From: Eledone cirrhosa
Lineage: Eukaryota
NCBI GenBank assembly: GCA_964016885.1
Contig: OZ024742.1
Span: forward strand, 164,982,001-165,046,000
Length of the DNA: 64,000 nt
Direction of reading: 5' to 3'
Below are positions 1 through 10,400 of this stretch, one piece after another (positions within the stretch are counted from its first letter, which is position 1; each line of letters starts with the position of its first letter). A program made the position numbers and the translations under genes. Below the pieces are notes generated by a model. The model was given only the letters and a program-made list of their open reading frames with translations. It did not search any database and was not told the DNA's origin.

Positions 1-872
1 GTCTCCTTGGACGGCTGGATATTATCTACCCTTGGACGGCTGGAAATTATCTCCCCTTGGACGGCTGGAAATTATCTCCCCTTGGACGGCTAGATATTAC
101 CTCCCCTTGGACGGCTGGAAATTATCTCCCCTTGATTTTTTTTACAAATTATCTCCCCCTGATTTTTTTTTACGAATTATCTCCCCCTGATTTTTTTTTA
201 CAAATTATCTCCGCCTGATTTTTTTTTAAAATTATCTCCCCTTGAACGGCTGGAAATTATCTCCCCTTGGACGGCTGGAAATTATCTCCCCATGGACGGC
301 TAGAAATTACCTCTCCTTGGACGGCTGAAAATTATCTCCCCTTGGACGGCTGCAAATTATCTCCCCTTGATTTTTTTAACAAATTATCTCCCCCTGATTT
401 TTTTTTACAAATTATCTCCCCCTGATTTTTTTTTACAAATTATCTACGCCTAATTTTTTTTACAAATTATCTCCCCCTGATTTTTTTTACAAATTATCTC
501 CCCCTGATTTTTTTTACAAATTATCTCCCCCTGATTTTTTTTTACAAATTATCTCCCCCTGATTTTTTTACAAATTATCTCCCCCCTGATTTTTTTTACA
601 ATCTCCGCCTGATTTTTTTAAAAATTATCTTCCCTTGGCTGGCAGGAAATTATCTCCCCTTGGACGGCTGAAAATTATCTCCCCTTGGACGGCTGGAAAT
701 TATCTCCCCTTGATTTTTTTTACAAATTATCTCCCCCTGATTTTTTTTTACAAATTATCTCCCCCTGATTTTTTTTACAAATTATCTCCCCCTGATTTTT
801 TTTTACAAATTATCTGCCCCTGATTTTTTTTACAAATTATCTCCCCCTGATTTTTTTACAAATTATCTCCCC

Positions 873-1096
873 TTGGCTGGCTGGAAATTATCTCCCCTTG
901 GAGGCTGGAATTTATCTCCCCTTGGACGGCTAGAAATTACCTCTCCTTGGACGGCTGGAAAATATTTCTCCTTGGACGGCTGGATATTATCTACCCTTGG
1001 ACGGGTGGAAATTATCTCCCCTTGGACGGCTGGAAATTATCTCCCCTTGGACGGCTAGATATTACCTCCCCTTGGACGGCTGGAAATTATCTACCC
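873..1096 (+). repeat. Representative long A block (9 ordered A monomers, ~225 bp), dozens of copies in the window
   Basis: Fixed order of variants: TTGGCTGGCTGG, TTGGAGGCTGG-AATTT (24 bp), GCTAG-AAATTACCTCTCC, AAAATAT(G/T)TCTCC, GATATTATCTACCC, two near-consensus units, GCTAGATATTACC, then a last unit into B. The same order starts at 6514, 8913, 11214, 12830, 15385, 17542 and others. Confidence 0.95.
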
Positions 1097-2489
1097 TTGA
1101 TTTTTTTTACAAATTATCTCCCCCTGATTTTTTTTACAAATTATCTCCACCTGATTTTTTTACAAATTATCTCCCCCTGATTTTTTTTACAAATTATCTC
1201 CCCCTGATTTTTTTTTTACAAATTATCTCCCCCTGATTTTTTTACAAATTATCTCCCCCTGATTTTTTTTACAAATTATCTCCGCCTGATTTTTTTAAAT
1301 ATTATCTTCCCTTGGCTGGCGGGAAATTATCTCCCCTTGGACGGCTGAAAATTATCTCCCCTTGGACGGCTGGAAATTATCTCCCCTTGATTTTTTTTAC
1401 AAATTATCTCCCCCTGATTATTTTTTACAAATTATCTTTCCCTGATTTTTTTTTACAAATTATCTCCCCCTGATTTTTTATACAAATTATCTCCCCCTGA
1501 TTTTTTTACAAATTATCTCCCCTTGGCTGGCTGGAAATTATCTCCCCTTGGAGGCTGGAATTTATCTCCCCTTGGACGGCTGGAAATTATCTCTCCTTGG
1601 ACGGCTAGTAATTACCTCTCCTTGGACGGCTGGAAAATATGTCTCGTTGGAGGGCTGGAAATTATCTCCCCTTGGACGGCTGGAAATTATCTCCCCTTGG
1701 ACGGCTGGAAATTATCTCTCCTTGGACGGCTAGAAATTACCTCTCCTTGGACGGCTGAAAATTATCTCCCCTTGGACGGCTAGATATTACCTCCCCTTGG
1801 ACGGCTGGAAATTATCTCCCCTTGATTTTTTTTACAAATTATCTCCCCCTGATTTTTTTTACAAATTATCTCCACCTGATTTTTTTACAAATTATCTCCC
1901 CCTGATTTTTTTTACAAATTATCTCCGCCTAATTTTTTTAAATATTATCTTCCCTTGGCTGGCGGGAAATTATCTCCCCTTGGACGGCTGAAAATTATCT
2001 CCCCTTGGACGGCTGGAAATTATCTCCCCTTGATTTTTTTTACAAATTATCTCCCCCTGATTTTTTTTTACAAATTATCTCCCCCTGATTTTTTTTTACA
2101 AATTATCTCCCCCTGATTTTTTTTTACAAATTATCTCCCCCTGATTTTTTTTACAAATTATCTCCCCTTGGCTGGCTGGAAATTATCTCCCCTTGGAGGC
2201 TGGAATTTATCTCCCCTTGGACGGCTAGAAATTACCTCTCCTTGGACGGCTGGAAAATATGTCCTTGGACGGCTGGATATTATCTACCCTTGGACGGCTG
2301 GAAATTATCTCCCCTTGGACGGCTGGAAATTATCTCCCCTTGGAGGCTGGAATTTATCTCCCCTTGGACGGCTAGAAATTACCTCTCCTTGGACGGCTGG
2401 AAAATATGTCCTTGGACGGCTGGATATTACCTCCCCTTGGACGGCTGGAAATTATCTCCCCTTGATTTTTTTTACAAATAATCTCCCCC

Positions 2490-2915
2490 TGATTTTTTTT
2501 ACAAATCTAATGATTTTTTAAAAAAAATTATCTCCCCTTCGCTGGCTGGAAATTATCTCCCCTTCGCTGGCTGGAAATTATCTCCCCTTGGACGCTGGAA
2601 ATTATAGCCCCTTGGAGGGCTGGAAATTATCTTCCCTTGGACGGCTGGAAATTATCTCCCCTTGGCTCGAAATTATCTCCCCTTGGACGGCTAGAAATTA
2701 TCTCTCTTTGGACGGCTGGAAATTATCTCCCTTTGATTTTTTTTACAAATTATCTCCCCCTGATTTTTTTTACAAATCTCCCCCTGATTTTTTAAAAAAA
2801 ATTATCTCCCCTTCGCTGTCTGGAAATTATCTCCCCTTGGACACTGGAAATTATAGCCCCTTGGAGGGCTGGAAATTATCTTCCCTTGGACGGCTGGAAA
2901 TTATCTCTGCTTGAT
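2490..2915 (+). repeat. Divergent-monomer cassette, copy 1
   Basis: Contains rare variants ACAAATCTAATGA, TTCGCTGG, GGACGCTGG, ATTATAGCCCC, GGAGGGCTGG, GGCTCGAAA, GGACACTGG and TCTCTGCTTG. Confidence 0.92.
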
Positions 2916-3509
2916 TTTTTTTACAAATTATCTCCCCCTGATTTTTTTTTACAAATTATCCCCCCCGATTTTTTTTACAAATTATCTCCCCCTGATTTTT
3001 TTTACAAATTATCTCCCCTTGGACGGCTGGAAATTATCTCCCCTTGGACGGCTGGAAATTATCTCCCCTTGGACGGCTAGAAATTACCTCTCCTTGGACG
3101 ACTGAAAATTATCTCCCCTTGGACGGCTGCAAATTATCTCCCCTTGATTTTTTTTACAAATTATCTCCGCCTGATTTTTTTTTTAAAATTATCTCCCCTT
3201 GGACGGCTGGAAATTACCTCCCCTTGGACGGCTGGAAATTATCTCCCCTTGGACGGCTAGAAATTACCTCTCATTGGACGGCTGAAAATTATCTCCCCTT
3301 GGACGGCTGGAAATTATCTCCACTTGATTTTTTTTTACAAATTATCTCCCCCTGATTTTTTTTTACAAATTATCTCCCCCTGATTTTTTTTACAAATTAT
3401 CTCCCCCTGATTTTTTTTACAAATTATCTCCCCCTGATTTTTTTACAAATTATCTCCCCCCTGATTTTTTTTACAATCTCCGCCTGATTTTTTTAAAAAT
3501 TATCTTCCC

Positions 3510-3675
3510 TTGGCTGGCGGGAAATTATCTCCCCTTGGACGGCTGGAAATTATATCCCCTTGGAAGGATGGAAATTATCTCCCCTTGGACGGCTGGAAAT
3601 TATCTCCCCTTGGACGGCTGGAAATTACCTCCCCTTGGACAGCTGGAAATTATCTGCCCTTGATTTTGTTTTTAC
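3510..3675 (+). repeat. Representative GAAGGATGG-class A block (6 A monomers) ending in TCTGCCCTTGATTTTGTTTTT
   Basis: Order: TTGGCTGGCGGG, ATATCCCC-TTGGAAGGATGG, ..., GGACAGCTGG. Copies start at 8492, 11942, 12410, 17121, 20730, 25891, 29497, 29965, 33119, 34554, 37347, 38702, 44047, 46813, 48168, 56128, 58499 and 58967. Confidence 0.95.
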
Positions 3676-4437
3676 AAATTATCTCCCCCTGATTTTTTTT
3701 ACAAATTATCTCCACCTGATTTTTTAAAAAATTATCTCCCCTTGGACGGCTGGAAATTATCTCCCCTTGGACGGCTGGAAATTATCTCCCCTTGATTTTT
3801 TTTACAAATTATCTCCCCCTGATTTTTTTTTACAAATTATCTCCCCCTGATTTTTTTTACAAATTATCTCCCCCTGATTTTTTTTTACAAATTATTTCCC
3901 CCTGATTTTTTTACAAATTATCTCCCCCCTGATTTTTTTTACAATCTCCGCCTAATTTTTTTAAAAATTATCTTCCCTTGGCTGGCGGGAAATTATCTCC
4001 CCTTGGACGGCTGAAAATTATCTCCCCTTGGACGGCTGGAAATTATCTCCCCTTGATTTTTTTTACAAATTATCTCCCCCTGATTTTTTTTTACAAATTA
4101 TCTCCCCCTGATTTTTTTTACAAATTATCTCCCCCTGATTTTTTTTTACAAATTATCTCCCCCTGATTTTTTTTACAAATTATCTCCCCCTGATTTTTTT
4201 ACAAATTATCTCCCCTTGGCTGGCTGGAAATTATCTCCCCTTGGAGGCTGGAATTTATCTCCCCTTGGACGGCTAGAAATTACCTCTCCTTGGACGGCTG
4301 GAAAATATGTCCTTGGACGGCTGGATATTATCTACCCTTGGACGGCTGGAAATTATCTCCCCTTGGACGGCTGGAAATTATCTCCCCTTGGACGGCTAGA
4401 TATTACCTCCCCTTGGACGGCTGGAAATTATCTCCCC

Positions 4438-4792
4438 TTGATTTTTTTTACAAATTATCCCCCCCTGATTTTTTTTTACAAATTATCTCCCCCTGATTTT
4501 TTTTTACAAATTATCTACCCCTGATTTTTTTTTACAAATTATCTCCCCCTGATTTTTTTTACAAATTATCTCTCCCTGATTTTTTTTTACAAATTATCTC
4601 CCCCTGATTTTTTTTTACAAATTATCTACCCCTGATTTTTTTTTACAAATTATCTCCCCCTGATTTTTTTTACAAATTATCTCCCCCTGATTTTTTTTAC
4701 AAATTATCTCCCCCTGATTTTTTTACAAATTATCTCCCCCCGATTTTTTTTACAAATTATCTCCGCCTAATTTTTTTAAATATTATCTTCCC
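4438..4792 (+). repeat. Longest class of pure B block (~13 poly-T monomers, ~350 bp)
   Basis: Continuous B units with no GACGG spacer. Homologous tracts lie at ~35724-36077, ~41096-41450, ~45217-45543, ~50356-50710 and ~54450-54803. Confidence 0.9.
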
Positions 4793-5749
4793 TTGGCTGG
4801 CGGGAAATTATCTCCCCTTGGACGGCTGAAAATTATCTCCCCTTGGACGGCTGGAAATTATCTCCCCTTGATTTTTTTACAAATTATCTCCCCCTGATTA
4901 TTTTTTACAAATTATCTCCCCCTGATTTTTTTTTACAAATTATCTCCCTCTGATTTTTTTTACAAATTATCTCCCCTTGGCTGGCTGGAAATTATCTCCC
5001 CTTGGAGGCTGGAATTTATCTCCACTTGGACGGTTAGAAATTACCTCTCCTTGGACTGCTGGAAAATATGTCTCCTTGGACGGCTGGAAATTATCTCCCC
5101 TTGGACGGCTGGAAATTATCTCCCCTTGGACGGCTGGAAATTATCTCTCCTCGGACGACTAGAAATTACCTCTCCTTGGACAGCTGAAAATTATCTCCCC
5201 TTGGACGGCTGGAAATTATCTCCCCTTGATTTTTTTTACAAATTATCTCCCCGATTTTTTTTTACAAATTATCTCCCCCTGATTTTTTTTTACAAATTAT
5301 CTCCCCCTGATTTTTTTTACAAATTATCTCCCCCTGATATTTTTTACAAATTATCTCCCCCTGATTTTTTAACAAATTATCTCCCCTTGGCTGGCTGGAA
5401 ATTATCTCCCCTTGGAGGCTGGAATTTATCTCCCCTTGGACGGCTAGAAATTACCTCGCCTTGGACGGCTGGAAAATATGTCTCCTTGGACGGCTGGAAA
5501 TTATCTCCCCTTGGACGGCTGGAAATTATCTCCCCTTGGACGGCTGGAAATTATCTCCCTTTGGACGGCTAGATATTACCTCCCCTTGGACGGCTGGAAA
5601 TTATCTCCCCTTGATTTTTTTTACAAATTATCTCCCCCTGATTTTTTTTTACAAATTATCTCCCCCTGATTTTTTTTTACGAATTATCTCCCCCTGATTT
5701 TTTTTTACAAATTATCTCCGCCTGATTTTTTTTTTAAAATTATCTCCCC

Positions 5750-5890
5750 TTGAACGGCTGGAAATTATCTCCCCTTGGACGGCTGGAAATTATCTCCCCT
5801 TGGACGGCTAGAAATTACCTCTCCTTGGACGGCTGAAAATTATCTCCCCTTGGACGGCTGCAAATTATCTCCCCTTGATTTTTTAACAAA
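5750..5890 (+). repeat. Representative TTGAACGG-class A block (5 A monomers) ending in GCTGCAAA then T6-7-AAC
   Basis: Starts TTGAACGGCTGG, contains GCTAG and GCTGAAAA units, ends GGCTGCAAATT. Recurs near 242, 8099, 10508, 11549, 14496, 15720, 16783, 19112 and onward. Confidence 0.93.
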
Positions 5891-7492
5891 TTATCTCCCC
5901 CTGATTTTTTTTTACAAATTATCTCCCCCTGATTTTTTTTTACAAATTATCTACGCCTAATTTTTTTTACAAATTATCTCCCCCTGATTTTTTTTTACAA
6001 ATTATCTCCCCCTGATTTTTTTTACAAATTATCTCCCCCTGATTTTTTTTTACAAATTATTTCCCCCTGATTTTTTTACAAATTATCTCCCCCCTGATTT
6101 TTTTTACAATCTCCGCCTGATTTTTTTAAAAATTATCTTGCCTTGGCTGGCGGGAAATTATCTCCCCTTGGACGGCTGGAAATTATATCCCCTTGGACGG
6201 CTGGAAATTACCTCCCCTTGGACAGCTGGAAATTATCTGCCCTTGATTTTGTTTTTACAAATTATCTCCCCCTGATTTTTTTTACAAATTATCTCCACCT
6301 GATTTTTTAAAAAATTATCTCCCCTTGGACGGCTGGAAATTATCTCCCCTTGATTTTTTTTACAAATTATCTCCCCCTGATTTTTTTTTACAAATTATCT
6401 CCCCCTGATTTTTTTTTACAAATTATCTCCCCCTGATTTTTTTTTACAAATTATCTGCCCCTGATTTTTTTTACAAATTATCTCCCCCTGATTTTTTTAC
6501 AAATTATCTCCCCTTGGCTGGCTGGAAATTATCTCCCCTTGGAGGCTGGAATTTATCTCCCCTTGGACGGCTAGAAATTACCTCTCCTTGGACGGCTGGA
6601 AAATATTTCTCCTTGGACGGCTGGATATTATCTACCCTTGGACGGGTGGAAATTATCTCCCCTTGGACGGCTGGAAATTATCTCCCCTTGGACGGCTAGA
6701 TATTACCTCCCCTTGGACGACTGGAAATTATCTCCCCTTGATTTTTTTTACAAATTATCTCCCCCTGATTTTTTTTTTACAAATTATCTCCCCCTGATTT
6801 TTTTTACAAATTATCTCCGCCTGATTTTTTTAAATATTATCTTCTCTTGGCTGGCGGGAAATTATCTCCCCTTGGACGGCTGAAAATTATCTCCCCTTGG
6901 ACGGCTGGAAATTATCTCCCCTTGATTTTTTTTACAAATTATCTCCCCCTGATTTTTTTTTACAAATTATCTCCCCCTGATTTTTTTTTACAAATTATCT
7001 CCCCCTGATTTTTTTTTTACAAATTATCTCCCCCTGATTTATTTACAAATTATCTCCCCCTGATTTTTTTTACAAATTATCTCCGACTGATTTTTTTAAA
7101 TATTATCTTCTCTTGGCTGGCGGGAAATTATCTCCCCTTGGACGGCTGAAAATTATCTCCCCTTGGACGGCTGGAAATTATCTCCCCTTGATTTTTTTTA
7201 CAAATTATCTCCCCCTGATTTTTTTTTACAAATTATCTCCCCCTGATTTTTTTTTACAAATTATCTCCCCCTGATTTTTTTTTACAAATTATCTCCCCCT
7301 GATTTTTTTTACAAATTATCTCCCCCTGATTTTTTTACAAATTATCTCCCCTTGGCTGGCTGGAAATTATCTCCCCTTGGAGGCTGGAATTTATCTCCCC
7401 TTGGACGGCTAGAAATTACCTCTCCTTGGACGGCTGGAAAATATGTCCTTGGACGGCTGGATATTATCTACCCTTGGACGTCTGGAAATTAT

Positions 7493-10400
7493 CTCTCCTC
7501 GGACGACTAGAAATTACCTCTCCTTGGACAGCTGAAAATTATCTCCCCTTGGACGGCTGGAAATTATCTCCCCTTGATTTTTTTTACAAATTATCTCCCC
7601 CTGATTTATTTTACAAATTATCTCCCCCTGATTTTTTTTTACAAATTATCTCCCCCTGATTTTTTTTACAAATTATCTCCCTCTGATATTTTTTACAAAT
7701 TATCTCCCCCTGATTTTTTTACAAATTATCTCCCCTTGGCTGGCTGGAAATTATCTACCCTTGGAGGCTGGAATTTATCTCCCCTTGGACGGCTAGAAAT
7801 TACCTCGCCTTGGACGGCTGGAAAATATGTCTCCTTGGACGGCTGGAAATTATCTCCCCTTGGACGGCTGGAAATTATCTCCCCTTGGACGGCTGGAAAT
7901 TATCTCCCCTTGGACGGCTAGATATTACCTCCCCTTGGACGGCTGGAAATTATCTCCCCTTGATTTTTTTTACAAATTATCTCCCCCTGATTTTTTTTTA
8001 CAAATTATCTCCCCCTGATTTTTTTTTACGAAGTATCTCCCCCTGATTTTTTTTTACAAATTATCTCCGCCTGATTTTTTTTAAAAAATTATCTCCCCTT
8101 GAACGGCTGGAAATTATCTCCCCTTGGACGGCTGGAAATTATCTCCCCTTGGACGGCTAGAAATTACCTCTCCTTGGACGGCTGAAAATTATCTCCCATT
8201 GGACGGCTGCAAATTATCTCCCCTTGATTTTTTAACAAATTATCTCCCCCTGATTTTTTTTTACAAATTATCTCCCCCTGATTTTTTTTTACAAATTATC
8301 TACGCCTAATTTTTTTTACAAATTATCTCCCCCTGATTTTTTTTTACAAATTATCTCCCCCTGATTTTTTTTACAAATTATCTCCCCCTGATTTTTTTTT
8401 ACAAATTATTTCCCCCTGATTTTTTTACAAATTATCTCCCCCCTGATTTTTTTTACAATCTCCGCCTGATTTTTTTAAAAATTATCTTCCCTTGGCTGGC
8501 GGGAAATTATCTCCCCTTGGACGGCTGGAAATTATATCCCCTTGGAAGGATGGAAATTATCTCCCCTTGGACGGCTGGAAATTATCTCCCCTTGGACGGC
8601 TGGAAATTATCTCCCCTTGGACAGCTGGAAATTATCTGTCCTTGATTTTGTTTTTACAAATTATCTCCCCCTGATTTTTTTTACAAATTATCTCCACCTG
8701 ATTTTTTAAAAAATTATCTCCCCTTGGACGGCTGGAAATTATCTCCCCTTGATTTTTTTTACAAATTATCTCCCCCTGATTTTTTTTTACAAATTATCTC
8801 CCCCTGATTTTTTTTTACAAATTATCTTCCCCTGATTTTTTTTTACAAATTATCTCACCCTGATTTTTTTTACAAATTATCTCTCCCTGATTTTTTTACA
8901 AATTATCTCCCCTTGGCTGGCTGGAAATTATCTCCCCTTGGAGGCTGGAATTTATCTCCCCTTGGACGGCTAGAAATTACCTCTCCTTGGACGGCTGGAA
9001 AATATGTCTCCTTGGACGGCTGGATATTATCTACCCTTGGACGGCTGGAAATTATCTCCCCTTGGACGGCTGGAAATTATCTCCTCTTGGACGGCTAGAT
9101 ATTACCTCCCCTTGGACGGCTGGAAATTATCTCCCCTTGATTTTTTTACAAATTATCTCCCCCTGATTTTTTTACAAATTATCTCCCCCTGATTTTTTTT
9201 ACAAATTATCTCCGCCTAATTTTTTTAAATATTATCTTCCCTTGGCTGGCGGGAAATTATCTCCCCTTGGACGGCTGAAAATTATCTCCCCTTGGACGGC
9301 TGGAAATTATCTCCCCTTGATTTTTTTTACAAATTATCTCCCCCTGATTTTTTTTTACAAATTATCTCCCCCTGATTTTTTTTACAAATTATCTCCCCCT
9401 GATTTTTTTACAAATTATCTCCCCTTGGCTGGCTGGAAATTATCTCCCCTTGGAGGCTGGAATTTATCTCCCCTTGGACGGCTAGAAATTACCTCTCCTT
9501 GGAAGGCTGGAAAATATGTCCTTGGACGGCTGGATATTATCTACCCTTGGACGGCTGGAAATTATCTCCCCTTGGACGGCTGGAAATTATCTCCCCTTGA
9601 TTTTTTTTTACAAATTATCTCCCCCTGATTATTTTTTACAAATTATCCCCTGATTTTTTTTTTACAAATTATCTCCCCCTGATTTTTTTTACAAATTATC
9701 TCCCCCTGATTTTTTTACAAATTATCTCCCCTTGGCTGGCTGGAAATTATCTCCCATTGGAGGCTGGAATTTATCTCCCCTTGGACGGTTAGAAATTACC
9801 TCCCCTTGGACGGCTGGAAAATATGTCTCCTTGGACGGCTGGAAATTATCGCGCCTTGGACGGCTGGAAATTATCTCCCCTTGGACGGCTGGAAATTATC
9901 TCTCATCGGACGGCTAGAAATTACCTCTCCTTGGACAGCTGAAAATTATCTCCCCTTGGACGGCTGGAAATTATCTCCCCTTGATTTCTTTTACAAATTA
10001 TCTCCCCCTGATTTTTTTTTACAAATTATCTCCCCCTGATTTTTTTTTACAAATTATCTCCCCCTGATTTTTTTTTACAAATTATCTCCGCCTGATATTT
10101 TTTACAAATTATCTCCCCCTGATTTTTTTACAAATTATCTCCCCTTGGCTGGCTGGAAATTATCTCCCCTTGGAGGCTGGAATTTATCTCCCCTTGGACG
10201 GCTAGAAATTACCTCGCCTTGGACGGCTGGAAAATATGTCTCCTTGGACGGCTGGAAATTATCTCCCCTTGGACGGCTGGAAATTATCTCCCCTTGGACA
10301 GCTGGAAATTATCTCCCCTTGGACGGCTAGATATTACCTCCCCTTGGACGGCTGGAAATTATCTCCCCTTGATTTTTTTTACAAATTATCTCCCCCTGAT

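Noticed and set aside
1315-1323. Chi-like GCTGGCGG / GCTGGCTGG at block starts
   Set aside because: It is an imperfect match to E. coli Chi (GCTGGTGG), explained by the CTGG tetramer structure. There is no evidence of a RecBCD context.
3719-3732. ATTTTTTAAAAAAT palindromes and T-tracts as intrinsic terminators or hairpins
   Set aside because: These are short AT-only palindromes produced by variants at the T-tract/core boundary. There is no GC stem before the T-run and no upstream gene.
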